From Candidatus Bathyarchaeota archaeon (GTDB taxonomy: Archaea; Thermoproteota; Bathyarchaeia; Bathyarchaeales; Bathycorpusculaceae): a stretch of 64,000 nt of DNA. The position numbers and the translations under genes were made by a program. The first letter of the stretch is position 1; every line of letters begins with the position of its first letter. Below the pieces are notes generated by a model, which saw only the letters and a program-made list of their open reading frames with translations, was not told where the DNA came from and did not search any database. Where the stretch lies: positions 2,080,001 through 2,144,000 of the forward strand of contig OY970280.1 of assembly GCA_963715865.1 (NCBI GenBank). Reading direction: 5' to 3'. Positions 38,137-50,078 of this stretch are shown piece after piece.

Positions 38137-39526
38137 TTACGCCTTCAAATGTTCACGTTTCAAGATTTCCCGCGCAACGATTACGCCTGAAGATGAAGAT
38201 TGAATTAAGCCACGTGTTACGCCTGCACCGTCGCCGATGGTGAACATGTTTTGGATTTTGGTTTCCAACGCATTGGTTAGTTGCAGGTGTGAAGAGTAAA
38301 ATTTGACTTCTATGCCGTAGAGCAGCGTGTCTCTTGAGTGGATTCCTGGCGCTATCACGTCTAAGGCTTGAAGCATCTCACGTATGTCTGATAGGTAACG
38401 GTAGGGCAAAACGAAACTTAAGTCTCCTGGTGTAGCGTTCTTCAATGTTGGTACAACTACGCTTCTTGCTAAGCGTTCAGGTGTTGAGCGCCGCCCAGTA
38501 ACTAAGTCGCCTAAGCGCTGAACCATTACTCCTCCGCTTAAGAGGTTTGAAAGACGGGCAACATATTTGCCGTAAGCAATAGGTTCTTTGAAAGGTTCTG
38601 TGAAAGAGGTGCTGACTAGGATGGCGAAGTTTGTGTTATCGGTTTTTCTTTCAGCATAGCTTCCGCCGTTAACTGTTAAGACGCCATCATATGATTCCGT
38701 CGTGACTTCGCCGTAAGGTGAGACACAGAAAGTGCGGACTTGGTCATCGAAGAGTCGTGAGTAATAAACTAGTTTTGGCTCGTAAAGCTCTTTGGTTAGA
38801 TTCTCCATGACTGAAGCTAAAACTTCAACGCGTACGCCGATGTCAACTGGGTTGTTTATGGTTTTTAATCCGCGGACTTGAGCTTCTGTTTGAAGCCATT
38901 CTGCTCCGCTTCTGCCAGGAGCAATTATGACGTATTTGCCTATGGATTTTTTCGCCGTCAACTGTTTCCACTCCTTGGATGAGGTGGTTTTCAGCGATTA
39001 ATCCTTTCACATCTGTTTTTGGTCGGAATGTGATTTTGCCGTTGAGTTCTTTACGCATTCGATGTAGCGTTTCTAGGCATTTTTCTGTGCCCATGTGGCG
39101 AACTTCTTGCCTGATAAGCTTTAAACCCGCAAGTGACGCTTGGCGTTCGATTTCATCTACTTTTTCGCTGTCTCCGCCGTAAACTTGCTCGCTTGCCCCG
39201 AATTTTAGGTAGATGCTATCTACGTATTTTACCAGGGCTTGGAGCTCTTTGGTTGAAACGTACTGGTTTAGCCAACCACCAACTTCTGTTGACAAAGTTA
39301 GTTTTCCGTCACTGTAAGCGCCTGCTCCACCCCAGCCTGAAAGAACTGAGCATGGTTCACAATGGACACATTCGAACCCTCGGCTGGATGGGCATTTGCG
39401 TTTGTCTATGTCTGGTCCTCTGTCGAGTATTAGGACGTTTAAGTTTGTTTTCTCTGTTAGTTCTAGCGCTGAGAAGATGCCTGCTGGTCCTGCACCCACG
39501 ATTATTACGTCATATTTCATAGGCAC
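38137..39526 (-). CDS. NAD(P)/FAD-dependent oxidoreductase, apparent +1 indel at ~38941
   Basis: DVIIVGAGPAG, GWGGAGAYSDGKL; after the shift APGRSG, VDIGVRVE, YGIEVKFY, GDGAG.TRGL. Confidence 0.85.
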
Positions 39527-39683
39527 TGCCCCCTTGGAACCCAGAACTACATGTAACAGGTGGCATATATTTGTTAGTGCATTTAATCATGGAAGCAGAT
39601 TGTCGATGCTTTTTGGGGAATTGCATAGGTATTTTTAAGATATATCTAAAGAACATTTATAATAATAAAAATGCCAATAGTGC

Positions 39684-40184
39684 ATGAAGAAAAACATGTC
39701 CAATAAGACACAATCCGAAAACATAGATGAATTAATCTCCGACTTCTCACGCTTCTACATACTCACCATACTGTACGAGGGACCAACACACGGTTACAGC
39801 ATAATCAGCAGATTCAAAAAAAGAGTCAAAAAAGAAGTGAGCCCAAGCCTAGTTTACCCGTTCCTGCAGCAACTAGAAGAAAAAGGCTTAGTTAAACACA
39901 CAATAAAACCGGTGGGCGAAAAAGAAAGAAAAATTTTCGAGCTAACACAGGCAGGAAGAGAATTATGCACTGATCTTTTCAAGCGCTTTGCCGAGCTAGT
40001 AGCAATCGCTATTGAACCAAGCCTCTACGTTTGCGCCCACTGCGGATGCAAAGTCTATGAAGGCGGCTACCGAGAAATCATCGATGGCAGAGAGACAGCG
40101 TTCTGCTGCATACATTGCGCTTACTCATATAAGGAAGCAAAGAAACTGGCAAAACAACTAAATGATACTGAGAAGCAAGCGTGA
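39684..40184 (+). CDS. PadR family regulator with C-terminal TRASH-like metal-binding motif
   Basis: ILTILYEGPTHGY..SPSLVYPFL..LEEKG..RKIFELT..G; CAHCG...FCCIHCA. Confidence 0.85.
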   Translation: MKKNMSNKTQSENIDELISDFSRFYILTILYEGPTHGYSIISRFKKRVKKEVSPSLVYPFLQQLEEKGLVKHTIKPVGEKERKIFELTQAGRELCTDLFKRFAELVAIAIEPSLYVCAHCGCKVYEGGYREIIDGRETAFCCIHCAYSYKEAKKLAKQLNDTEKQA

Positions 40185-40238
40185 GCGATGCTAACTTTTT
40201 AAGAAAATAATTGAAAACAAAAAGTTTTTGAAGACTGA

Positions 40239-40517
40239 CTAGTCTTTTATTGCTTCAATAAAACTCATAACATTCCAAAGTTTTACCCGCGTGTAGGGCG
40301 GCATGTTTGGGTCTTGCAAAATTTCATCCAGAAGCGACACGGCGTTTGAAGCTCTCACTGCAGGCGTATATTCAGAGCTTTGCAGGGAATTCATAGCGTC
40401 TTTTGCGGAACGCCTGATGTTTCTTGGCGTTGTGCTGTCCTCAGAAACCTCTCCAAGCACTACTAACGCTTGCTTAATTTTGGCTTCGTATTCTTCAGCT
40501 TTTTTCTTTCGAACCAT
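40239..40517 (-). CDS. UPF0147 family protein
   Basis: D.TTPRNIRR.A...RASNAVSLLDEI..DPNMP.YTRVKLW. Confidence 0.92.
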   Translation of the reverse strand: MVRKKKAEEYEAKIKQALVVLGEVSEDSTTPRNIRRSAKDAMNSLQSSEYTPAVRASNAVSLLDEILQDPNMPPYTRVKLWNVMSFIEAIKD

Positions 40518-40594
40518 AAATCGGCACTACCTACTGCACGTCACGCAGTAACTGCTTATATAAGCATTGATACGTATTTACTTTGGGGTTCTAA

Positions 40595-40949
40595 TTGCAA
40601 GAAAAAAAAGAAAACACACCTATTAAACGCATGGCTGACTTGCTAAGGCAAGGCGACACTTTAACCGACCTGTCATGCCCAGTCTGCGCTTCCCCACTCT
40701 TCAGACTAAAAGATGGCACATTATGGTGCGCAAAGGATGAAAAAAAAGTAGTAATAGTTAAAGAAGGCGAAGAACCACCAAAACAAGCCGCAGCCAGCAC
40801 AGCCTACGATAAACTCGAAGCAACACTCTTAGCGAAGATGCAAGATATTACAAGGCAAAATCGAAAAAACCGAAAACTTAGAAGAACTGCAAAAACTCAG
40901 CGTTGCACTATCTGAATTGCTAAACAGCCTGGAAAAGATAAGAAAATGA
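40595..40949 (+). CDS. UPF0148/Sjogren autoantigen-like zinc-ribbon protein, apparent +1 indel at ~40850
   Basis: MADLLRQG.TLTDLSCPVCASPLFRLKDG.LWC; coiled-coil tail continues in shifted frame. Confidence 0.8.
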
Positions 40950-40971
40950 AGAAAGCCTGAGCAGGAATATC

Positions 40972-41466
40972 TTGACACTGGGTTTTTATGAAAATTTCCC
41001 CTCAAACATTCACATGGTTGAGAGCTTTAATTCAACTCTCTCAAGCAAGCAACTTCAACAAAGGCTAATCCAAGTTCTTTATGAAATAAACAGAAAGGAA
41101 TTCAGTTTTGAAGAAGTCGCTAACCCAACCATACCTGAATGTAAATTAATTTTTGAGTTCGGTTTGGCGGACGCTGAAGGCTTCAACTACATTGATGAGG
41201 AAGAAGCTAAAAAAAGTACTGAATCTTGCTTGGGAAAAGAGCATTTGCATACAATGGATTTCTTCTGTGCCATACGTTACTACAAGGGCAATGCAGAAAA
41301 AAAGACCGCGCTAAAATTTGATTATTACCTTCTCCGAACTGTATACAACAGAGACATTTTGGAAATTCAAGTTTTCCATGAAAGAGGCCCAAGATACATT
41401 TCGCCAGAAGATTTAACACTGTTTATCTTTAACAAAACAAATGAAGCCTCAAAAGGAAAATTTTGA
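40972..41466 (+). CDS. Hypothetical protein
   Basis: 164-aa ORF co-oriented with neighbours; possible small indels. Confidence 0.6.
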   Translation: MTLGFYENFPSNIHMVESFNSTLSSKQLQQRLIQVLYEINRKEFSFEEVANPTIPECKLIFEFGLADAEGFNYIDEEEAKKSTESCLGKEHLHTMDFFCAIRYYKGNAEKKTALKFDYYLLRTVYNRDILEIQVFHERGPRYISPEDLTLFIFNKTNEASKGKF

Positions 41467-41626
41467 AAAAAGCAAACCCCTAGTTTCCATGCAATGGAAA
41501 GACAACGAGAGATATTTATTCTATATCCGAAAGTTATATTTCTAACAACAGTAATTCCGTAAAAGCGAAACGGCAACAGAACAAGGCAACTCATAAAAGA
41601 ACCAAGAAAACAGGAGCAAAATATAG

Positions 41627-42587
41627 TTGATTCCAATTGAAGTTTCTGCTCTCAAAAAATGCTATGGAGATTTGAAAGCCGTAGATGACATCTCATTCAC
41701 AGTTAACAAAGGTGAAGTTTTCGGTCTTTTAGGTCCAAACGGCGCAGGCAAAACCACCACCATAGAAATTTTAGAAGGCTTGCGAGAAAAGGACGGCGGC
41801 GACGTGAAGGTTCTTGGTCTTGACCCATGGAAAAACGGTTATGAACTTCACAAGAAAATCGGCGTTATACCTCAAGAGTTTACTTTTTTTGAAAAAACAA
41901 CTCCAAGAGAAGCCATAATATATTACGCTGACCTTTTCAACGTTAAAGTTAATCCAGATGAAATTTTAAAAGAAGTTTTGCTTGAGGATTCCGCTAAAGT
42001 CAATTTTGACAGCCTTTCTGGCGGACAAAAACAGAAAACAGGACTTGCTCTCTCACTTGTGAACACGCCTGAACTGCTCTTTCTTGACGAGCCCACCACT
42101 GGATTGGACCCGAACGCTCGAAGAGCAATCTGGGATGTCATACGGGGATTGAAAGCTAAGGGTAAAACAATCATTTTAACCACTCATTACTTAGATGAGG
42201 CACAGCAATTATGCGACAGAGTAGCCATCATGGACCATGGGCACATTGTTGCTATGGGAACCTCAGATGAAATCATTGAAGCAGCATGGGTCAGGAGAAA
42301 GACTTGAAATTCACGGAAGCCGAAAAATTGGCTGATTACATTAAAGCAAACACTGAATTACAAGTTGATTACGATAGAGCACAGAGGAGAAATCAGCATA
42401 CCGCTAAAACAGAAAATTGATGCGCTAGCAGCTTTGGCAGCTGCTGAACAGTCAAAAATGGACTGGGGAGAAATCCAAACACGCCAAGACAGCTTAGACG
42501 ACGTGTTCGTCAAGCTTGTCAGCGGAATGAGTTAATGAACAAGGCGAAATCGCATCTGAAGAAAATGAAAGCAAAACCAACAAATAA
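41627..42587 (+). CDS. ABC-2 type transporter ATP-binding protein, several indels in the 3' third
   Basis: GPNGAGKTT, LSGGQKQK, LFLDEPTTGLDP, TTHYLDEA; SLDDVFVKL in another frame near 42490. Confidence 0.88.
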
Positions 42588-42606
42588 TAAACGGAGGCGC
42601 TAAAAA

Positions 42607-43731
42607 ATGGTTAGTGGAAAAAGAATCTTTTCAGATTTCAAAGTCTTCAGCCGCGGATACTTAAGAAACAGGTTTGGATTATTCTTCGGATTAATATTCC
42701 CAGTAATTTTAATCTTGATTTTCGGCGCAATTTTTTCAGGCAGGTCTCAGGAACAATTAATGTTTATGCGCAAAACCAAGACACTGGACCGTTTGCTGTC
42801 ACCACAAATGGATATAGCTTCACAGTTTTTAAATGCGCTTAACAGTTCAAGCACAATCAGAGTCATAACAGTGAATGCTTCAGAGGACTTTTCAAAGTAC
42901 CTAGCTGCTCATTCATCATCTGACGGCATAGTTATTCCTGAAAACTTCTCTGCTAACTATTTGGCAGGCAATCAGGTGAACGTAACAGTTTACGGTAATC
43001 CAACATCAAGCACCAGCGGCATCGTAAGTGGAACAGTTAATGGAGTTATCAAACTATTTCAACCTGAACTATTACAAACAAAACGCCATACCCATCATCG
43101 GCATAACCCAGACTACGGTTAACACTCAGCAAACAAAATACATTGACTTTCTAATTCCAGGCTTGATTGGTTTTTCCATACTTGTAAGCCCAATGTTCTC
43201 TCTGGTTAACATTTCCTCAGAATACAAGAAGACAAAACTGTTCAAGCAACTATCGCTTACACCGCTGACAAAAATGGAGTGGCTAGCCTCTAAGGTGCTT
43301 TGGTACATTGTTTTGACAATCGCAAGCTTTCTGCTCATGGTTGGCGTGGGAATCTTTGCTGTTCGGTGCACACGTCACCTTAACCGTTTGGCTCATACCC
43401 TTCCTAGTTTTGGGTCCAATGCTTTTCGCTTCACTAGGCATGCTTGTTGGAACAGTAACAAAGAACCCTGAAACTGCAGGCGTAATAGGCAACATAGTGA
43501 CTTTTCCAATGATGTTCCTTTCGGGCACATTCTTCCCCATCAGCATCATGCCACAATACTTGCAGACCATCGCTCACGTGCTGCCACTATTCTACATAAT
43601 TGAGGGCTTAAACAACGTCATGGTTTACGGAAACTACATGGGAGCAGTAATTGACCTTGCAGTCGTCGCAGTCATAACAGCCGTAATCTTCGTTGCTGGC
43701 AGTTAGACTGTTCAAGTGGAGAGAAGACTAA
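42607..43731 (+). CDS. ABC-2 type permease, several indels
   Basis: YLRNRFGLFF.LIFP; YIDFLIPG; LSLTPL..EWL; FPMMFLSGTFFP across frames. Confidence 0.8.
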
Positions 43732-43759
43732 ACCACAAACTTTTCACTTTTTTCAAGTG

Positions 43760-44360
43760 CTATTTACACGTTTTAAGTAAACTCAAAACTTTTGAATACA
43801 GTGCATCTGCTACTGCATCTTTTGGTTTGTCACCATCTATCCTGATAAGCTCACCTTTCTCAACGAACTTAAGGTAGACTTCTCGAACTTTTTGCTGTAT
43901 TTCTAAAGTTTCCATCACAGACTTCTTTCTCTGCAAACGCTCCAGCACTCGTTCTGGAGAAACATCGATAAAAATGCCGAAATCTGGCTGCAAAGCATGA
44001 GAGTTAATTGTTTTAATCCAATCTAAGCTAAGACCAGCACTGCCTTGGTAGGCTAAAGACGAGTAAATGTAGCGGTCGCAGATTACCAGTTTCCCTTCGG
44101 CTAAAGCGGGTATTATCTCGTTTTCTATGTGCTCAATGCGGTCTGCGGCAAACAGTAATGCTTCAGCTTCTGTTGGCAGACGTTTTTCTTCGTAAAGGCA
44201 GCATTCTCGGATGAAAGTGCCTATTTTGCCATGGCTAGGTTCTGAAGTGTAAACTGCATTGTAGCTTTTGTGAGAGCCTTTCGGTAAGTAGTTCTGCCTG
44301 TGTGGTTTTTCCGCTTCCGTCTAAGCCTTCGATGCAGATGAAAACGCCTTTCTTACCCAT
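43760..44360 (-). CDS. tmk: Thymidylate kinase, apparent +1 indel at ~44267
   Basis: FICIEGLDGSGKTTQ at 44360 start; then TSEP, LLFAADR, DRYIYSSLAYQG, PDFGIFIDV. Confidence 0.9.
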
Positions 44361-44431
44361 GTTTTTCAACTCGGCTGGTTAGCGTTACACATTATAGGGA
44401 GATACATAAATATAACTTACAACTGCGAGGC

Positions 44432-45717
44432 TTGCTTGTGCCTAAGGCTTACTGGGGAGAAATAAAGGATCCCGTACACGGGTACGTGTACATTACCGAA
44501 GCAGAAAAAAACATTATTGATTCGTATCCAATGCAGCGACTAAGGCGACTGCGGCAACTGGCAGGTTCAGAATACGTTTACCCAGGCGCCAACCACACAC
44601 GTTTTGAACACTGTGTCGGCGTCATGTATTTGGCAGGCAAAGTTTTGGAGAACCCTAACATTTCACGCGTCGTAAGCGATGAAGAAGTGGACATGTGCAG
44701 GATTTCAGCGTTGCTTCATGACGCTGGACATGGACCTTTCTCGCATGTTTTTGAGCAATTACTGATAAAAGAATTGGAAAAAACGCATGAGGACATCACT
44801 TCATGGATTATTGAGAAAAGCGAAGTAGGCGATAAACTATCAAAGATGGGTTACAAGCCTCAAGAGGTAGCAGGACTTGCCGTTGGAAAACTGCATAAGC
44901 CAGGCAAAGCGTTTCTTGACCAAATAATAAGCAGCGCCGTGGACGTTGACAAGCAGGACTTCATCGTCCGAGATACTTATCACACTGGCGCTGAGTACGG
45001 TTTCATCGAGTTTTCCGTCTTATACATGCGCTTGATGTTTTAGGCGAAAATTTAGCCGTAGAACTCGGTGCCCTGTCAGCGTTGGAAGCGTTCATGATTG
45101 CTAGGATTGAATCGTTTAAGAGCATTTATTTCCACCGTGTTGGCAGAGCAGCGCAGATTATGCTGGCGACCGCCATGGAAAAAGCAAACAGCGAGTTAGG
45201 GTTGACGGCGTTTAAGACGCCTGAAGAGTATTTGGCGCTGGATGACTACACGGTTTGGTCAGCCCTCAAAAAATGTGAAGCATCCAAAGGAATAATTGGC
45301 AACCTAGAAAGGCGCAGAATGCTAAAATGCGCTTATGAGCGAACTTTCTACGAGAAGGACACTATGATATCGAATATTTTTGGTCGCGAATCATACAGGC
45401 GCCAAATGCAGAGTGAAATCGCCAAGGAAGCAGGCGTCGGCATTGAATCAGTGATAATTGACGTGCCCACGGTGCCATCCGTACCTTATCACCATGCGGT
45501 ACTTATGGAGTCGATGGAGATTCCTGTTTTCACAAGAAACCAAGCGGGCGAGAAAACGCTGCAGCGGCTAAGTGAGATTTCAAAGATTTTTGAAACACTC
45601 AAAGGCTTCATGAATATACTACGCGTGTACACTGATGCAGCTGACCGTGAAAAAGTGGAGAAGGCAACCGCTAAAATCTTGGGCAAAATTCCATCCGCAG
45701 CAAAAATCTCGTTTTAA
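44432..45717 (+). CDS. HD-domain phosphohydrolase (SAMHD1/dNTPase-like), apparent -1 indel at ~45009
   Basis: IKDPVHG, QRLRRLRQL, HTRFEH, LLHDAGHGPFSH, DVDKQD; YFHRV after the shift. Confidence 0.88.
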
Positions 45718-45791
45718 CGCTTTTTCTTAAATACTAGTCATGCTTAAGAAGAAAATAGAGAGAGCTTTAGATAGCGCATGGAAAGGGAGCA

Positions 45792-46321
45792 ATGGTGTCG
45801 AAAGAAACTAAAGATAATCTGAAGACAAGAAAATTATAAGTGTCAGAATTAAAAGAAAAACTGAACCAAAGGCAGAGCCTGCTTTACTTTTCAGTCAAAA
45901 AGAGATTCGAAGATTCGTCATGGAATTCGTTTCTTCATGGATAAGAGGAGACATCATAATCCGTTTCCCAACAGCAGCTGAACTAGCCAAAAAGACCCCG
46001 CTAAGCATTGCATTTCCAACTGACCCTTCGGTTAACGCTGAACTAAAAATTAAAGAACACTATGTGGACCAGTTATCCATAATTGCTGGAATAAAACCCG
46101 CTTCCGCTGATGAGCAAGAAAAAGCCATATCTGAAGTTTTCAAAATGCTGCTAATGTTCCGCTCAGCAAACAGAATCGAAGGCAAAATCATCTCAAATGA
46201 CCTAGAAAAAAGAATCGAAGAACTAGAAAAAACGGCAAAAAACCAGGGCAAACTTGTTGAGCAGATAACTGGATTTTTGTTTAAACCAAAAAGCCAAAAC
46301 AAGAAAGCCCAAGCTAGCTAA
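45792..46321 (+). CDS. Hypothetical protein with C-terminal coiled coil; 5' part probably frameshifted
   Basis: The 45920-46321 frame stays open upstream to ~45818; ATG at 45792 is in a neighbouring frame. Confidence 0.5.
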
Positions 46322-46391
46322 AAGCCTGATTCTGGAAGGGTAAGGTTTATTCGAGTGAAAAAGCATTCTGCTTGATGCTTTTAAGCAAAGG

Positions 46392-46469
46392 GCTCCGGTA
46401 GTATAGTCCGGTCAAGTATTCCGGCCTTTCGAGCCGGCGACCCGGGTCCGAATCCCGGCCGGAGCACCA
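46392..46469 (+). tRNA. tRNA-Glu(TTC)
   Basis: GCTCCGG/CCGGAGC acceptor, CCGGC-CT-TTC-GA-GCCGG arm, CCA end; T-loop reads TCCGAAT. Confidence 0.92.
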
Positions 46470-46652
46470 ATTATTCTACAATCGAACGCACAAAACATCC
46501 CAAATGATAATCGTTAACATCAACCATACAAGTCCTAACCGATTGGTTAGCAACAAAAAAAGTATTTCAGGGAAGGAGCTAAATAGTCTTCACTGAGCAA
46601 TATAGTTTTTAACAAGGCATTAACGCAAAACAAATGAAGGAGAAAAATCACT

Positions 46653-48189
46653 TTGACTACTAACGCCATAAATTCAGTTTACAAGCAACTTTTAGCAAAA
46701 ACTGAAGATCTAATGGTGCTACAAACAGCTGAAGGCATAATCCACTGGGACATGGAAACCATGATGCCCCCAGGAGCAGTAGAGCAACGAAGCCAACAGT
46801 TGTCATTGCTAAGTCGGATTCATCATAAAATGAGCACTGACCCAGAAATAGGAAAACTCTTGAACACCATACAAGCAAGCTCCGAATATGAAGCGCTCGG
46901 CCAAGCGGAAAAACGCAACATTTACCTAATCCAAAAAAGCTACCGAGAACAAACTAGTTTGCCTGAAAAACTAGTGGCTGACCTTGCCAAGCAAGAAGTA
47001 ATAACGGTAAATGTTTGGAAAAAAGCTAAAGCCCAAAAAAACTTCAACCTCTTCAAAGCTGACCTGCAAAAACTTTTAGATTTAAGCAAGCAAGCTGCAG
47101 AAATTCTTATGAAAGTTAAGGAAACCAAAACGTCATATGAAGCGGCGATTGATAATTTCGAACCTAAAATGACTGCGGATCAGATTACGGCAACGTTTAG
47201 TCAACTTCAGCAGGGCTTAAAACAGCTAATAGGTAAAATTCAAGCTATCCCAAACAAGCCAGATACAGCAATACTTTATTTGCCAGTTCCAGCGGAGAAC
47301 CAACGCCAAATCGCTCAACTCTTAACACAAACATTAGGCTACGACACTACCTCGCCTGCGGCGCATGGAAGAATTGATGAGACAGAACATCCCTTTACCA
47401 CAGGCTACTATGACGATGTACGCATAACCACGCATTATCACCTAAACAATTATGCAAACTCAATCTTCTCCGTACTTCATGAGACAGGACATGCGCTCTA
47501 CGAGCAGAACCTCAACCCAAAATGGAAGTATCAACCAATAGGTTCCACATGCTCCTATGGTGTACATGAGTCGCAATCACGCTTTTATGAAAACGTAATA
47601 GGCCGCTCGAAAGAGTTCTGGTCAAGCTTTATGCCTAAACTCAAAAAAGCAGCCCCAGACCTTGCCAATGTTGAATTAGACCAGTTTGTCCACGCTATCA
47701 ACAAGGTTGAACCGTCAAAAATCCGCATTGAAGCCGATGAGGTAACATACAACTTGCATGTGATTATACGCTTTGAAATTGAAAGAGACCTTTTCGCCGA
47801 TAAAATCGACAGTCAACGAGCTCCCTGAGGTATGGAATCAGAAATACACTGATTATCTTGGCGTAAAAGTTGAAAATGACTCTGAAGGAGTAATGCAGGA
47901 CACGCATTGGGCAAGCGGATTATACGGTTATTTCCCAAGCTACACGCTAGGCAACATTTACAGTGGACAAATAACCGCTTCAATCACCAAAGACCTCCCG
48001 AACTGGCGCAACCAACTCTCACAAGGAAAACTAAACCTCGTTAACGATTGGCTAAAAAGAAACATTTACAGTCAAGGAGACCTCTATGACCCAGAAGAGC
48101 TCATCAAGAAAGCAACTGGAAGAAATTTGGATTCTGAACCCTACTTACAATACCTAAATGAAAAATACGGCAATCTTTATGGCTTTTGA
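46653..48189 (+). CDS. Thermostable carboxypeptidase (M32), apparent +1 indel at ~47811
   Basis: WDMET.MP, HPF, HETGHA (HExxH), HESQS, IRIEADEVTY, QDTHW, YFPSY.LG. Confidence 0.92.
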
Positions 48190-48392
48190 ACGGGCGTTTT
48201 CTTTGTCAATTCCTTGTATATGTAAATAATAAGGTAGGCTGCGATTGCGCCGATGAATAAGTAAACGCCAATGTAACCGATAATTGTATTATAAGTGTTG
48301 GCGCCGTATAGGAAGAGCAAAAAACCCAATACGAATATGCCTAAACATGCCCAGTCAGTCCAAGACATCCGGATTGCCTCATAATGAAGCAT
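48177..48392 (-). CDS. Small two-helix membrane protein
   Basis: Two hydrophobic segments; likely start MSWTD. Confidence 0.6.
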   Translation of the reverse strand: MLHYEAIRMSWTDWACLGIFVLGFLLFLYGANTYNTIIGYIGVYLFIGAIAAYLIIYIYKELTKKTPVQKP

Positions 48393-48586
48393 TCAATAAA
48401 ACTTTAAGGTATATAGATTTACCGATAAACTTTTCTCAAGGACACCGTTTACCGCTTCCCCAAAGAAAAACAAACATTGATCGACAACCTACCGCTAAAA
48501 TCAGACCGACCATCCTTAATGCCTTTTCAACCTTCCGACACTTTTATATATAAGATGAGATAGAGAGAGCGCTGAGGCTAAAATAA

Positions 48587-50029
48587 ATGTCGGGAGCAGA
48601 TGTTAAAAAGCCAGAAACTCGAGAAGAATTTATTAAAATGTTGACTGAAGCAGCAAAAAAAGAAGTTGGCTCAAAAAATAAGCCGACAAAACCGACAATC
48701 GTCGGAACAGCAAAAGAAATAGACATTCACAGGGATACACTTTACACATGGTTAAAGGAGTTCAATGTCGATTTCAAAGAGATTGTTGACCGTATACCGA
48801 CAGTGGTTGCTGACGTCGCTGACGAAAAATCAGGAAGCACTTACTTAATCGGTGAATCTTTGGTTGGAGAAGGAAACGAAGTAGCACACATCGATCTGAT
48901 GATAGGCGACAAAAATGGCCCAGTTGGCCAAGCGTTCGCTAATGGCATGACAAGTCTATCAGCCGGCCATACGCCACTGCTCGCAGTTATAAGACCTAAT
49001 TTGCCGCCGAAACCCCACACACTAATAGTGCCTAAAGTAACCATTAAGAACATGGAGGACACAGGAAAAATTTTTGGCCCCGCACAAGCCGCAGTTGCCA
49101 AAGCTATCGCTGATTCTGCAGAAGAAGGAATCATCCCCGCAGACAAACTTGATGAGTGGGTTATCATTTGCAGCGTGTTTGTTCATCCAAAAGCAAGCGA
49201 TTACCGAAGAATATACCAGTACAATTACGGCGCAACAAAAATGGCGCTGCAACGAGCATTAAAGAAGTACCCATCACTTGAAAAGATAATCTATGATAAA
49301 GACCGTGCAAAGCATCCGATAATGGGCTTCAAAGTTCCACGCTTATGGAGACCCCCATACCTGCAGATTTCAATGGACGCACCCGAGCTTGAGAAAACCA
49401 AGAAAATCCTCGCTCAACTTCCAGGAAGTGACAGAATTATCATTGAAGCCGGAACACCACTAATCAAACGTTACGGAACAAGAGTGATCAATGACCTGAG
49501 ACAAGTAGCGAAAGACTCGTTCATAGTTGCAGACCTAAAAACGCTCGACGTTGGAAAAGTCGAAGTGGACATAGCCTATGAAGATACCGCAGATGCAGTG
49601 GTTGCTGCTGGATTAGCGCCACCTGAAACTCTTGATGCATTCGTACATGAAGCAAAAAGACTTGGAATATACGCTGTCATAGACATGCTAAACGTTGAAG
49701 ATGTTCTTGAAAAACTCAAATCACTCAAAGAATTCCCTGACGTCGTCATATTGCACAGGGGAATCGATCAAGAAAGCGGAAGAACCTGCGGACTTGAACG
49801 TATACAAATGATACGCGAAGCTTTCCCAAACAAAAAATATCTAATCGCTGTTGCAGGCGGAATAGTACCAGAAACAGCCAAAGAAGCCTTAGAAAAAGGC
49901 GCTGACATCCTAATCGTCGGAAGATACGTCACGCAGTCAAAAGATATTGAGCGTTCAGTAAGAGACTTCCTTGAGCTAACGCCAAGCATGCGCGAAGACA
50001 TCGACCTATTCAGAGTCCACACAGAATAA
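48587..50029 (+). CDS. fae-hps: Bifunctional formaldehyde-activating enzyme / hexulose-6-phosphate synthase with extra N-terminal HTH
   Basis: [26 protein letters not shown] (Fae); [31 protein letters not shown] (Hps); [16 protein letters not shown] (HTH). Confidence 0.9.
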   Translation: MSGADVKKPETREEFIKMLTEAAKKEVGSKNKPTKPTIVGTAKEIDIHRDTLYTWLKEFNVDFKEIVDRIPTVVADVADEKSGSTYLIGESLVGEGNEVAHIDLMIGDKNGPVGQAFANGMTSLSAGHTPLLAVIRPNLPPKPHTLIVPKVTIKNMEDTGKIFGPAQAAVAKAIADSAEEGIIPADKLDEWVIICSVFVHPKASDYRRIYQYNYGATKMALQRALKKYPSLEKIIYDKDRAKHPIMGFKVPRLWRPPYLQISMDAPELEKTKKILAQLPGSDRIIIEAGTPLIKRYGTRVINDLRQVAKDSFIVADLKTLDVGKVEVDIAYEDTADAVVAAGLAPPETLDAFVHEAKRLGIYAVIDMLNVEDVLEKLKSLKEFPDVVILHRGIDQESGRTCGLERIQMIREAFPNKKYLIAVAGGIVPETAKEALEKGADILIVGRYVTQSKDIERSVRDFLELTPSMREDIDLFRVHTE

Positions 50030-50078
50030 ACTTGAACCCGAGCGAAAGCTCGCTCTTTCTTTTTTCTTTGTTCACGTT

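Noticed and set aside
26854-47811. Programmed ribosomal frameshifting in serS, lysS, tmk and others
   Set aside because: No shared slippery sequence or stimulatory structure, mixed +1/-1 signs, and spatial clustering; assembly error is more parsimonious.
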